Assembly (NCBI GenBank): GCA_973895155.1
Contig: OZ316896.1
Location: forward strand, 17,596,754 to 17,660,753
From: Marsupella aquatica
Taxonomy: Eukaryota > Plantae > Marchantiophyta
DNA: 64,000 nt
Direction: 5' to 3'
Positions 1 to 13,768 of the stretch are shown in pieces. The stretch's first letter is position 1; every line of letters begins with the position of its first letter. The position numbers were made by a program, and so were the translations under genes. The notes beneath the pieces are model-generated. The model had not been told where the DNA came from. It did no database searches and saw nothing but the letters and a program-made list of their open reading frames with translations.

Positions 1-481
1 GGCAAAGGTGGTGTAGACAGTAAATATGGCTGAGAACATGCTAATGCTTAGTACTCGCAAGCACTTTCTCCACAAATTAAGTTTAAGCAACTACTTGAAT
101 TCTACTAGGCTAGGTGGTTTCTGAAGCAAACAGTGTGGCAATTTAGAAGCCTGGTCCCCCTAATGACTATTCAGACTGAGCTCCCCCTCTGAAAGTTATA
201 TATTGTTGCCCACTGGGTCTTGGCATTCCATGTTGCCTAATATCTCGTGTGCTGCCCATCTCTCACAGAAAGTGAAGACTAGAGGATGTATGTCTTCATA
301 TTTCCAAATGCTACCTATGGTGTGTGGATCCACATTAGTGATAGCAGTCCCAGCAAGCCTAGCCCAACAATGACAATCTGCATTGGGGCAAGTGAGGTTT
401 GTACGTCAAGTTTCATACGTCAACCAATCCGGATCCCAAAGTGGGGTTCACCAAAGTCCTTTTCACACAAAAAACTTGACA

Positions 482-674
482 TGTAAGAAAATTTGGAGGT
501 CACTGGCTTGTCACCTCAATGCAGTTGGGCAGGCCACAACATCTCAGAATGAGACCCAAGGGGTTGTAATATATGAGTGTAAGAAAATTTGGAGGTCACT
601 GGCTTGTCACCTCAATGGAGTCGGGCAGGCCACAACATCTCAGAAGGAGACCCAAGGGGTTATAATATATGAGT
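482..674. repeat. Tandem duplication, 2 x 96 bp
   Basis: TGTAAGAAAATTTGGAGGTCACTGGCTTGTCACCTCAATG...TATATGAG starts at 482 and again at 578, with few substitutions. This explains the repeated CKKIWRSLACHLN peptide in ORF 383..691. Confidence 0.95.
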
Positions 675-2932
675 TTTCTAGGAATGATTGACCTGAATGA
701 TATATCAGGCAGACTGTCAATAGCTGATACCAAGGTTAAGAGCACACCAAACTGACCTAAGATTTAACCTAGCCACCTTAGGGGCAAGGAACTTGGGGGG
801 TTGACTATCAACAATCTTAGGAACCACGTGCAATCCAAAATATATATTTTTCATATAAATTAGCTAAATTTTTAAAAAGTGTAGGAAGCAAAAGAAGGTA
901 TTATAAACCTATATTTGTAGAATATTCTCTAATATATACCTTTTATAAAGTAAAATAGGCCATAGTATTGAAAATAGAGAATATTTTTAGAATATTCCCA
1001 TTATAAAATAAGTGTGTTTATATTAGCCTAGGATCGCACGTGGTACCCCAAAATATACACTAAGTTAACCCCCCGAGGCAAGGAAAGGAAAGATGGGACC
1101 CAGGTGACCTGAGGGTGGGAAGTTAGAGGCAAGCTGGGGTATAAAACCTATGCAAAAGAAATGAGTTTTGTTTGGGGTTGAGTTCCACCACTGAGATGAA
1201 GGATATGAGATTGAGGATGGGGTCTCACTAAGGGAAAGCATTTGGATCAAGGGCACCTTTGGAGGGTGGCTGATGTTAAAGAATTTTCTAGTGAATGATG
1301 TGAAGGAGCTTGAGACTACAGAATTTGATGCAGGCCCAAGTTTCATGGGGATGGATTGAAAAATTATCCAAAATCTTTATCACCAGCAAAGTTTTAGAGT
1401 GGAAGAGCCTCCAGAGGAAGAGAAGGTGTCATGGGGTAGGGGAGGTGAAGCCCAGTAGTTTCTCACTAGGGGTGAGAGAGGAGAAGAACTGTGAGTGTTG
1501 TGTTCGGTGATGAATATGGTCATTCTTATTAGAAAGAACTTGGGGGCATTTGAAGTTTGATTTCATGGAATTGCAACAAGGGGAGACAATTGGGTGGTTA
1601 AAACTCTGGATGTGGATGCCAATAATGACATTATGTGTGTGCAGTTTCTAGATTATCTCTCTACTTATTTAGTCCATTATATGATTGTGAACATACTTGA
1701 AGAGGCGTGGTCACTGTAGGTCAGCCTGAAGGTTTCATCCCAATTTAGGCTGTCTTGCATGTGCAAGGTTCCTAAGAAAGCAAGCCTTACCAGCCTACAA
1801 ATGTCTTTAAAAAGTGACGACATGTGTAAAGATAATTTTTGTTCTATATGAGATTCAAAAGTTAGGAATGCAAGGGCCGCAAACTTTTCAGCCCTTGCCC
1901 TTGAAAGTCCTCAACTATTGCCGTGAGAACTGCCTGACAAGGCGAATGAGGCTCGGGATGAGGCAGGAAAGACTCGCACAGTGCAAAGATGCCACCTGTA
2001 CACTTATAGGGCCAATTTTCTCAAGACCACCATATGCAAGACAGCCCTTAGAGGTTTGAGTGTAGGTTAGGAGTAGAAGATGTTGGCTTGTAGAAGACTC
2101 CAATGGAAAAATCCTCAAATGCAAGAAGTTTTAGAGGATGGGGATTGACAAATCTAAATATGTTGGATCTGAGCTATCATTCTTATTGATAAGTGTAAGA
2201 TTGTAATGACTAAGATTATTCCTGAAGAATATGGGTCATAGATGAAATCAGATATAACAATTCTTAGTACAATTTATCACACCTTGAAGATGACTTTGAA
2301 GGTCTGAGTTGAGTAAGTTCTATACTTAATGAGTGGGTCATATATTCACATACGGGTTATCAGAATTTCATGATTCCTTGAATTTCATGATTCCTTGAGC
2401 TGTATGATACTATTTCTGGTCACAAGGGGCTACAAGGTTAGGACCGACTACAAAGTATATGTGACAAGGCATAATGTTTGGATGTGAGGTTACCCCATAG
2501 CATATATGGCAAAACACACACACCCAGATTTAACAAATGAGAAATCAATCCCCTTTTCCCCTCCCACCTCTTTTCCCCTCCTCCCTTTCCCCTCCATGGT
2601 TTCCTCCCCTCCTGTTTTCCAGGTGATGCCCTCAACACCACACTCATCCTGCAGCCCACCCCATTGTTGAGTGCACTCACCCCAAGCCCTTGCTTACGTA
2701 CCCTCAACTGAACCCCCAGGCTGTGTGTCAGCCCCTTGACAATCTTGGCTATCCCCACCCTCCTTCTATGCCCCCCAAAGCCTGTACATAATCTACTCCT
2801 TTTGGTGGATCTATCAAAAACATTTCATGACAAATCAGATGACATTGGTTAATTATCGCTTTTTTTATTTATTTGTACTAGCTCAAGCCCATGCAGACAT
2901 GCAGTTACACAAACCAGTGGATGAACGATTGC

Positions 2933-3542
2933 TGTAGGGTTTTGAGTGATTTTGTTCCTGGTTGCTTTTGTGGCAGACTTTTGTTGGTGTTGTTGTTGTG
3001 TCCCCTTGATTGGGACTTTTACTTGTGGGATCATGTCTCTTGGTTGAAGGTGGTTTGTTTTCTGGCAGTTTGATATATACTATTAGTCACTTATGTTCCT
3101 TGTTGTTTAGTACCCTGGTGGGCTGTTAACAGTTACAGAGGGGGGAAAATGGTGAGATTCTAGAAATACCACAGAAGTTGGTTGGGTTTCCCAGGCAGGG
3201 AAAACAAATGCTTCACAGCCCCAAATGGCCCAATATGGGTGGTTGGGAATTTGGGGCTGTGAAGCACTTGTTTTCCCTGCCTGGGAAACCCAACCAACTT
3301 CTGTGGTATTTCTAGAATCTCACCATTTTCCCCCCTCTGTAACTGTTAACAGCCCACCAGGGTACTAAACAACAAGGAACATAAGTGATTAATAGTATAT
3401 ATCAAACTGCCAGAAAACAAACCACCTTCAACCAAGAGACATGATCCCACAAGTAAAAGTCCCAATCAAGGGGACACAACAACAACACCAACAAAAGTCC
3501 GCCACAAAAGCAACCGGGAACAAAATCACTCAAAACCCTACA
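2933..3542. repeat. Near-perfect long inverted repeat (foldback/MITE-like hairpin), arms about 294 bp, 22-nt spacer
   Basis: 2933-3226 is the reverse complement of 3249-3542, with about 4 mismatches seen by eye. ORFs 2891..3073(+) and 3402..3626(-) give almost the same peptide. No clear TSD. Confidence 0.93.
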
Positions 3543-3794
3543 TAAATTAAGGCAAACCAAAGAGCCTGGTAGGGCTTGGGGGGGGGGGGGGGTGTTCAGG
3601 GAGTGAATTTTTATTCCAAATCTCACATTTCTTCCTTTGTACCCACAATAATTATTTGGGGGTAAACATTCGCCTAAATTTCGTCACTAAGAAAGACACT
3701 GGTTCGAACCTCACCCCATCCTCCTTGCATGTTTAGTAGTACTACTGTACCGTGGTTAGAGCCGTCGGGTCGGGTCGGGTCGAATCAAGTCCGG

Positions 3795-3803
3795 TTAGGG
3801 TTT
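3795..3803 (-). promoter_or_regulatory. Telo-box (AAACCCTAA) upstream of the ribosomal protein gene
   Basis: TTAGGGTTT lies about 170 nt before the RPS25 ATG. Telo-boxes are typical of plant ribosomal protein promoters. Confidence 0.6.
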
Positions 3804-3973
3804 GAGGACATCCAACCCCCACGAAATCAGTCGTCTTCGCCTCCGTTAGGTCTTTCTGGCTTTCTTCTTCGAGCTCTCGTTTTGGAGCTCTCTCTCTTTC
3901 ACTTTCTCTCCGTTTCTGCGCTTTTCTTCATCGACCTTCGTTGCGTTGCGCCTGCCGTGCTGATCGAGCTGCC

Positions 3974-5193
3974 ATGGTGCGTATCAACTCGATTTCTCCC
4001 ACCTAAATCCCCCAACATCCGTTTGTTTGTTCCTCGCTGGACGCTCTTTTCGTTCTTGTAGTTTGCCTTTGGTGGCCCAGTTTCTGTGCATTGGTTTGCT
4101 GGTCGATCGACATCGTTTTGTGTGTTCTTATTCTTCTAGGTCGAGCATCATGGTGCGTCTTTTGTTTCTCAATTACTGTTTCAGGAAACGATTGGTGGGG
4201 TGGTGTTATAGTTAGTGCCGTCGTTGTCCGGTCGTCTTGTATCTCTCAATTAGAGTGTATATTCGGAGAGTGATTATCCGGAGTGAGTTGTCCGTCCTTT
4301 GTCGAGTGCATTCTTGCTGGGCTATGTGTGAACGATTTTTTCTTCTATGTATCTGAGCAGGCACCGAAGAAGGAAAAGACTCCCGCTCAGTCTTCGAAGC
4401 CTGCCAAGAGCACCGGCGGCGGAAAGCAAAAGAAGAAGGTGTGATTTGGTTTACCCTCTCTAGTTCTCTTTGCCCTTCGACTACGTGCGAGAGTTTAATA
4501 ACTTCTCCGTTGGTTCAGCTCTCACAGAGTCTGTTTTTGTGAGATTAAGCCTCGGTGTGACTCTAGAGTCAAGAGATTGAGATTTTGAGCTGAACATGTA
4601 AGTCTTGTGTCGCCCGCAGAAATGGAGCAAGGGTAAGCAAAAGGAGAAGGTGAACAACATGGTGCTCTTCGATCAGGGTACTTACGACAAGCTGCTCAGC
4701 GAAGTGCCCAAGTACAAGTTGATCACGCCTTCCATTCTGTCCGACCGACTACGGGTAAGAATTTTCCTCCTTCACTGAGCCCCCCTTTCGCAGTACTGCC
4801 CACCCTCTTCAACGGAATCGTTGTTGTTTTTGTTTTTGTTGTTGTTACAGTTCGTTCTATGTAGGATGCATTCCGCTGGTATTGAAACCTGCTCACGTCA
4901 CTCGTTATGAGTACTGAAGAAAAGTTGTTAAAGGGATTGAGATTAGTCCGCGTGACCATGTTGGGCAATGTTTGAGAAAGTGTCACTCTGCATTAATTTG
5001 AAGCTTGCTCTACTTTTGTTACAATAAGGGTGGGATGGCAATGTGGGAACTCATTTTCGTGCTCCATCTGTTTGTGCAGATTACCGGTTCGCTTGCCCGC
5101 AGGGCCATTAAGGAGTTGATGGCGAAGGGGACCATTAGGCTGGTTGCTGCACACGCCAACCAACAGATCTACACCCGGGCCACCAACACTTAG
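3974..5193 (+). CDS. RPS25: 40S ribosomal protein S25 (eS25); exons 3974-3976 (ATG only), 4361-4438, 4620-4754, 5080-5193
   Basis: Spliced product [109 protein letters not shown]. All introns are GT-AG. Confidence 0.97.
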
Positions 5194-6828
5194 GAACAAG
5201 CATGGTGCAGAATTTTACATGCCATTAGAGACGATCTAGGTTTGGGAGCTCCTTGTGCAAGCTGAAGAGGATGATTGGGAGACGGGGTTTCATGGAACGG
5301 GCACGGACCTCGAAAGTCAATTTTATGGACTTCTTTTAGATATTGAGGGATGCACATGTGTGGCTCTGAATTTTGTTCTATACAATGGAAATGATGCGTT
5401 GGCACGTTTCGGTTCCCTAAGTATTTTAATTTTGTTAGCCCAATTTCGACAGCCCGACGGTAGCTTGGAGTTGGCGAGTTGACTACCGTTGTTGTTATTG
5501 ACATGTTGATGGTCGTTGGAATGGACCATGTATGTATTTTCTGTCTACATTGTCACCGGTATGGATGGTAGAGCGTGCAGACTATGCAAGGGAAACGATG
5601 AGAGATACTCACCGGTGACGCTTTTATTGTAATTCATGTCAGAAATGGAAAAAATTGGGAGTCAAGTGAATGCATGAAATGATAGGGAGAAGAGTCGTCA
5701 GACGGGCCACGGGTTTCGTGTGGCCAATGTGCCTCTCTTGAAGGATGTCTTCTGCTGCTTGCTCTTCACTTGGTTGTTGTGTTGGTAGATTTCACATCGG
5801 AGCTTCTTGTTTTGGCTTGAACAGAAACTACATACTCTGCATGCACTTCGGCATGGCACAAGATGGTGAGACTGAAGTAGTGACTTCTATGCTTATGTCT
5901 TCCGAAATTGTTATGCACTATGGCTTCAAAATCTCTCTTTAAAACCATGCACTTTTTGCCCAGAGAATCTCTGGTTAAACCCACAGTTAAACCTGTAGAC
6001 TAGAAGTCTCTCGCTGAATGGAACTATTTCCAGTCGGTCCCATCTCGGCTTGATCCCCCAGTCCACGATATTCTGGAGTCTGACAGGTCAAATCACAACG
6101 TGGGAACTGTGAAGACCTCGTCGATGGTCGTAGCTAAATGGACAATGGTGACAACTGTGGCAAAAAAGGCGGTTCGAGCTGCAATTTTGCAGTCGGAAGC
6201 CCAAACTGGTATCCTAATGTTGAACCGCTCTTTAGAAGCCGAAGTATCTGGACCCGAACTCGCCACTTCTTGTGCACAGATCTCTGGCGACCCCCCCCAG
6301 GACAATCCATTTTTTCGCCCAACGAACAGGCTGGGAAATCCCTGGCGTAGACGAACGCACTCCTTGTAAATCTGCTGTTTCGTCATGGCATTGGAGTCAG
6401 TCAAGTGCCAGCATTGAAGACATGTGTTCTATGTTGTAACCACTTTTCAATGGAACGTGCATTTAAGCACGCAAGGTTGTTCTTCATTCATGACTGTTCT
6501 ATGACATTGTGGAAATTGGGATGGCAACTGGCTGAAGACGCGGAATTATAGAGGGATGTCTAAGATGTTTTCCTCTCCAGTGTGCTGAAAGTGCGCCACA
6601 AATATTTCTACGAGTTCTACTGACAGAACTGGTGCTCGGGTCTCAGTGTTCGATTGGTTACGTGATTTAGCAGTGTGAAGAAAATCTGTCCCCAGGATTC
6701 GGATATAAGGGCATTTCGGAATGTGAGCCAATACTGCACAGACATGCAGCTGGTTCTGTAGTTTAGGGTGTAGAGAACAGAAGCTAAGAAGTCCACTGGA
6801 AAAACAAGGGTTTCTCCAAAGCCGGGTT

Positions 6829-9800
6829 TCACACACCTGAGCAAGAGCGGAGTGACTCATGCTTCCGAGAGTGGGCAATTTCCTTCTTAAGGGCAATCAT
6901 TTCCATCTTCAATTCTTCGTTTCCTTGTAGAAGCTGCACCTCCATTCAATTCGTCACAGTTTGCGTGTCTTCGAGTTAAATGTACAATGCAATTGCTAGT
7001 TGTCACTGACCATGCCGATTATGCTTATAGGCGCGGGTGCGAAAAGAGAAGAAATTTACCTTTTCACATTTTCTCCCCAGATTTTCTACTGCGTTCTTTA
7101 GCAGATGTAGGGTTTTGTCGACGGACTCGCATACAAATCTGAAGTCCGACTCGGCATCGTCAGACTCATTTACAAAGCCTAAGTCCGGTTGTGCATCGGC
7201 GGTAGATAGTGATATATTCTGGTCGTATGCGCTAGGTAGTTTTGATTCATCGAAATCCTCCAACATCATCTGGTTGTTACTTGCAAATTCCGATGCGCAG
7301 CCGCTTGGGATCACGCAATCCGCAATAAGCACGTCCTTCCTTCTCGAGACGATCCCATCCCATGAAGGTGGTCCATTCTTCCCCAAGCCCTGTTGCAGCT
7401 GTGATCAGCGTTCATCTGGGAGACGATAATTTGAACGTTCCGAGGAAAATCCACGAATAGTCATTCCAACATCTCTAGCTAGCCCTTTCTTTGAAGAATT
7501 TTCACTTTGGGCCCCTGCTTTTGCTTATTCCCGTTTCATGATATTGATATTAATGATATTCTTCCCGTTTAATGTGGATCATCTCAGCAAGCGTACCTGA
7601 TATTGGACACAGTTGCGAACATCTTGACCGCGGCTGTTCAAGATATGTGCATCATTCACGACTGTCGTACCTTGAAAATTAGGCCAAGATTCCTTTCAGT
7701 TAATGACTTACTGCAGTTGTTCAGCATGAAAAGACACATCCTGTAGCTCCACTTTAGGTAGGGCGAAAGGCAGAGTTTCATCTACAGCTGTCAAGATGAG
7801 CAACTAATATATGCAGGTGTGAATCACCGTCAGCTGAGAGACCAAGGCGAGCGTTTAGCACAAGAAATTGAGTTAAAAGCCTCTCGTACTCCTGTCTTGA
7901 TTTTTCCAACAGACGTTTCAGATCATTGCGTCCCGGCTGAGCATTAATTCTAGGCTTATTTTTTATCTGTTTTGCTCTGCAAACAGTATCACAAATTTGT
8001 CACCAAATGAGTGAAAGCGACGATACAACTCTGGAAAGATTCTGGAAAGCAAGCATGATATAAACACGGTTCAAACGAGGAACTACCTTGCACCGAAACG
8101 CAAAGTTGACAAAGTTTCTGAGTAGTTCAACGAACTCGGTGAGCAGCAGCAAAGTAAGGTTGTCCTGGAGTTGCCGCCCTGTCAAATTTGACGTCGATGC
8201 AATCAATTTTGATCTATTATTCACTCTCTAACGCACTCAGCGTAAGTGGCTCAAGAGTCGTAAGTGGATTGATAGAAGTACATTCGAGCAATACGTGGAA
8301 GTTTTATATGACAATTTTACACATTGGACGAGCTTACCAGAGACTCTTGAAGAATGCGTGTCAATTTAGAGTCCCGGTAAGGAACATGTGCAGCCTTATC
8401 TGAGCGGAGAAAGCAGCAGAGACCAAACTTGTAAGATTTCCGAGATCAAGTGAACAAGTTGGAAGTAAAATTGAGAACCTAAGGACGCTGAATCCTACAG
8501 CTCATCATATTGTGACTCCTTCTGTTCTAGTTTGCAGAGAAAGTTGCCTCTAATGGACGCCACACTACAATGCATCTCTATGCGTGGGAAAGAGGCCACG
8601 TTCCATATCTGGTCCTATAACCAGCTCGATGGGATTATCAATATTCAAGCACAATTCAAGGTCACAACTCGGTCACCAGTTGTCAGAGAGTTGATAACGT
8701 TTCCGAGCGCAGATAGAGATTTGTTGATCGTTTTTGCTTCCTCCAGTACAGCTCCTTCCACCCCCGTCTTCTCCACTTTCTCAGATCCCGCCAGATCGAC
8801 AAGATAAAGCTTTCCAGTCTTCGTACTGCGGGTTTGAAAACCATCCAGGAAAAACCGCGAAGTGTCAGTAAACGATTGACGCAAGGTCCATCAGTCAAGT
8901 GTCAGTAAAAGATTGACGCAAGGTCCATCAGTCTCCGAAGTGATTAGGAATTTTGAATTGTTTCTTTACGGGATTTATCGCACGGTCAATAGTTCGTAGG
9001 CCATTCACTCTGAATGGACGTTCCCATCGCAGTTCCAATCCGTCTACTGTAAATTGCGAGGATATGAAATCATCTACATATAAACGGCAGACACTGAAGT
9101 AGTTGCTCAAATTGCTCACCTGTCGTCATTAGTATCGATATGTTGAATGGTCAGCATGGAAACGCAGTGACTTCTACTACTTCTGGCATTCATTTCTGAT
9201 CGATATCTTAAGGTGAGTTACCACAGAAACTCACTCCCACTCCGAAACAGAACTCGCCCATGGGTTGACGACAGCCTGAAGGATAGAAAGCAGCTAATCT
9301 ACCCATCGCTAGTCGAAATCCGATTCCATTTGTACGCACTGACAAGAACATATGTTATTCTATAGGACCTCCTCTTCATCCTTTTCCTTCGAATAGGAAA
9401 TAAAAGAATTCAGCTGTTGCTGACTATCTTATCGAGTTTAGACTCTAGCATAAAAAAACTGGAGTCAAAATTGACATTTAAAACTGAGATGGAATCTTTG
9501 ATACACTAAGGACCTTAAAATTCAAAGAAGAAACGCATTAGGAAGATACGAGTTGTTCCACTCGCTCTGTTCGTTATGCCGGCCTGTAAAATCACGAATC
9601 CGAAGCTAATTAGATCCGCTTAGCAATAGTTATCCGGACCAGCAAGAAGAATGCCAAATTTCCGAATTTGCGGTTACCTCGAGAAGCTGGACCATCTCAT
9701 CCTCGCTTTGTACATAGGTCTGACACATCGAAGTTCTCATCAAGAACACGAAGAATTGATGAAGATATGGACGCTCACACAATATTGGAAAAGCAACGCC

Positions 9801-12018
9801 CCTTTAGTTCAGCTTGTGGCCCTTCTTTCTAGGATACACACGGTCGCTCACACAATACTGGAAAAACCGTGCCCCTGTAGATAAGTTTCTGACTCTTCTT
9901 CTAGGACAAACAGAATTCTAGTCACTTTGTGTATTTAGTGACCACAATCTGTACCGTGTCTGTCTGAGAACTGAAATGTAGGGAAACACACCTCTGTCGC
10001 CCCTGCCACAAATATTCCATGTACTTTATCCTCTTTAACTTGGAGATTATCCTTGGAGGCATCGAATAGGTCTCTGCAACCATTGCACATCCCGTTACCC
10101 TCCAATAATGACGACCAAATGACCGAGAACAGATGCAGGATAAAGAGCGCCTTAGTTCTAACGTAAAGAGCTAGAACAGTGCATTTCACCGTATTTTCTC
10201 CTTGTAAATTTCAACCTGTTACACAACCACCGTGGAGAAAGTCAGGGAAAGCTAAAAAGCACTTTTAAAAATGAGAACCAGTCTACGATGAGCGCTCTAG
10301 TCGTGCGATCCTTTCAATCGCTGGACGAACTGCTGGATCGGAGAAGTTTTCTAAACATAGTGAAGGGCAACTTGTACATGATTCCTGAGTTTCATTACTG
10401 TTGAGGGTAGCAAATCAATTGTTTAATTACCATTTCTGTCACATTCGCACACTAAAACAATCGGTCAGGTCAGTTCATAAGAAGTTACTTGAGATCCAGG
10501 ACTTTGCACTCTTCTCGTCTTGGTCTCTCAGCTGTGCTGGGGCACTTGGTCAGGTTTGGCTTTAGGAATCTTTGCAGAACGTAGATCCGACGACTCGATT
10601 GTGTCCCAGTTGACATTTAATAATCCATTATTCGTACATTCAGTGCTTTAAGTCCATTGTTTGATGTCTTTTACCATGGACAATTTGATAATGAATTCGC
10701 TCGTTGCATTTGAAGCCGCGATGAACTCAAATATGCTTTGAGCAACCCTCGGCAATATCCCCCTCATCTCAGCAGAGTCTGTCAGCATGTTTGGACCCTA
10801 TCACACCATCGGAAGAGGATTTCAGATCTGCACAAGATCTCTTGATGTCGAAGTTTACTTCCTATTTCTGATCGAAGGAAGACGATCTCAACCAACAAAC
10901 AATAATTCTGCAAAGAATTTTTGATTGGAAGAAGACAGTTTTTGACAATAAATATCATGCATCACCGTACGCAGATGATTTCAAAATAGATCACCATCTA
11001 GGACTTTAACTACTCCTGTACGCGAAGAAACAAAAGATTGAGTCGATGCGATACCTCCATCGTGTATGTTTTCCCCGCACCTGTCTACAAAAGGCCAAAA
11101 CAAGAAGATGTAAGATCACGTGTCGTAGATTGTACGAAATGAACTCCACGGCTACGACAATGTTCTATAGAGGCCGTAAAGTGGCGACACATACCTGGCC
11201 ATACGCTAGAACAGTCCCATTGATTGCATTCATCACGTCTGCAAACGGCAGGAGCGGGGGATCAGCTTTGCAAGCTTTGCAAGCTTGAAACCGGGACTAA
11301 TGTCAATTGACAGTGTAGACAAACATAAAGCTGAAAAGTATGGCTTCACTAAATTGCAGTGATCATTACTGGCAGTGAACTCAAGCAGTGAGTTAAGAAA
11401 CAATGCAGCAAATCCTACTCACCAGTGAACACTTCGATACTCTGCTTTATCAAAGACAGTCAACAAACTTGAGCTTGTCTTTCTTTCCCTGGAGAGCTAG
11501 TTCTCAAGGTAGCCCGATGCCTTGGAAAACAACGGAATTGATTATATTCAATTCCCAAAGAACTCATTCTCACCTTGGATGATAGGTAAGGCTACAGCAT
11601 CATAAACCTCAGCCTGGGAACAATCTTTGTAGAAAATCCTGTCGAAGGAAAATGTTGTTTCCGCGCAGTTATCATCCTGCCCGGAAATCATTCATGACCA
11701 TCAAACTTCAATTGGATACAAAATGTAAATACAGCTAAAGAGGCGCAGAAGACGACTCTCAGTGTAGTACATACCGAAAGGTACATGTTGACAATTGTAT
11801 ACACACGCCGGGCCAATTTGCACCTCTCCTGCTTGCGGCCATTTGCAAACTTACCAGCTACAGATTCTCAGGTCATGCCATTGAACGTGTAGTATGATCC
11901 ATACCTTCAACGCAAACGACTGATGATCGGCACTTTCAGGTTGAACCACAGAAGTCCCGTGGCGCGATTCTTTAGAATTTGGTGGTCTGAAACGCACATA
12001 AACAGCAACATTCGACAT
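6829..12018 (-). CDS. Kinesin-1 family motor protein (plant KIN-1/PSS1-like), multi-exon; 3' end uncertain, possibly extending to about 6232
   Basis: ATG at 12018 ([12 protein letters not shown]). Exons encode [28 protein letters not shown] (P-loop), [22 protein letters not shown] (switch I), [12 protein letters not shown] (switch II), [32 protein letters not shown] and AKQIKNKP. The N-terminus resembles plant KIN-1/PSS1 as I recall it. Confidence 0.92.
8862..8933. repeat. Tandem duplication, about 2 x 37 bp, in a kinesin intron
   Basis: GTGTCAGTAAA(C/A)GATTGACGCAAGGTCCATCAGTC occurs twice. Confidence 0.9.
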
Positions 12019-13072
12019 TCTTTCGAATTCCCACTCTCCGCTAAAAACGCGCAGCAAAGATACTGGCTGTGATCTTTTACTGCACCTGGCCAACACTGGG
12101 ACAACAATTCGATTGAAAAACTAGGTAAGGTCCTCAAAATGTGACGAAAAGTTACCAGCTCAAGATTTAAAGACTCCCTCCTTCCATTCAGGTGGAGGAA
12201 ATTCCGTGGAAATTCAGAACAGGACTTAGTTGGATATTCAAGAATTGCCTTATTCGATAATGGCATTCACCTGGAATTGCAAACTACAGTCCTCCTGCAG
12301 TGATTATTGCCAGAATAATTGTCTGCATCATTATATTCAGGTGTAATATTAGCTACCAAGATCGGACTCAGTCGTATGCGTTACTCTTAAATCTCACTCT
12401 GGCATACTCTGGTAAACTTTTATAGTCCAAGTCCGTGAGCATTGAGACTCTGACATTAAAGAAACACATCGTCGGAATTTGCAAGAAAAGCTCGTCCTGA
12501 AGATATTCGGCGTGATCATACCTTAAGCAAATTGTCGATGAACTAGAGCGACAAAGATTAGGCGGATTCCCGCAGTGCAATCATCATTTGATTCTATGCG
12601 TCATTGCAAGATGTTACCTCTCGCCTGCCTCAAGAACACATCCCAATGCACCGACAATCCCCAATTACAGTACAATAACGAAAATATCTAGATATTCTTG
12701 TATTCTACTGTTTTTAGAAACATTTCCTCCCTTTATTCGCATCGAACGCATATCTCAAACATCACATAGTGATCGCTCCCTCGATTGCAGGATCTGATTA
12801 CGCTGAAAGAAATCAAACCAAATCTAATACAAGTACACGAGTGCGAGCAATGCTTCAACATCAACTTCAACATAGATTTCGAGATTCATGACTTGAAGCT
12901 CGCGCATCGAACACGCAAACTTATCAGTTCAATTTTGTTTCCTGCACGAGACTTAAAGTGTCGCCTCACAAGCAGAATCGAAATCCTCTTGAGCTACTGT
13001 AGTAACAGGAAGTTTACCTACAATGCGATTTCATAGACCGAGTTGAATGAAGCTGAAGAAACGAGAGTGTCC

Positions 13073-13768
13073 TAGACGATAGGCATCGGGGAATGTCTTT
13101 ACAATTGTACGTTTCGTAGCTGATGTAGCGACTAGACGATAGGCATTTGGGAATGTCTTTACAATTGTACGCTTCGTAGCTGATGTAGCGACTGCTTCGG
13201 TAGTTGGAATCGTGACCAATCGTTTCAGCTATTTTTACTAACCTGTCCCCAAACAAAATTAATTAATTATCAACCCGCCCTTCATTCTGTGGGTGGGGCA
13301 AGTATTAACATATAGGTTCCAGTTGGCATGTGGTAAGTTGCTACTGGCTAGCCTTAGTTAACCCTACACAACCCCCTTCCCTGTTGCCGGACACAGTCGC
13401 ATGTCCCAGGGGGAAGAAAACAGGCCGTTTTCGCTCCACACTCCCCTCACAAAAACATCCCATACTTTCGGCCCTCATTTCTACTCAGGAAAACACAGCA
13501 GGGAAGGGGGTTGAGACGGATTAAGGCTGGCTAGTAGCAACTTGCCACATGGCAACAAGAACCCATGTACGAGTTAATACTAACCCAAATACAAAATGGG
13601 GGGGCGGGTTGATCATTAATTTTGTTTAGGGAGCATATTAATAATATTGGGTAGTTTGTGGGACAGGTTAGTGAAAAGCTGAAAAGATTGGTCACTACTA
13701 TGACTACCAAAGAGTTGTCAGATCAGCTACAAAGTATACAATTGCAAAGACATTCCTTGATGTCTATA
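13073..13768. mobile_element. Degenerate MITE-like element with long (about 220-245 bp) terminal inverted repeats; left end carries a 60-bp tandem duplication
   Basis: Blocks pair in reverse complement: GGAATGTCTTTACAATTGTA / TACAATTGCAAAGACATTCC, GTGACCAATC / GATTGGTCAC, CTAACCTGTCCC / GGGACAGGTTAG, ATCAACCCGCCC / GGGCGGGTTGAT, ATGTGGTAAGTTGCTACT / AGTAGCAACTTGCCACAT. 13073-13192 is 2 x 60 bp. Confidence 0.8.

Noticed and set aside
3700-3712. GGTTCGAACC B-box / tRNA candidate
   Set aside because: No A-box at a suitable spacing and no cloverleaf.
4439-5079. Intronic snoRNAs in RPS25 introns
   Set aside because: No convincing C/D box pair with a terminal stem, and no H/ACA architecture visible.
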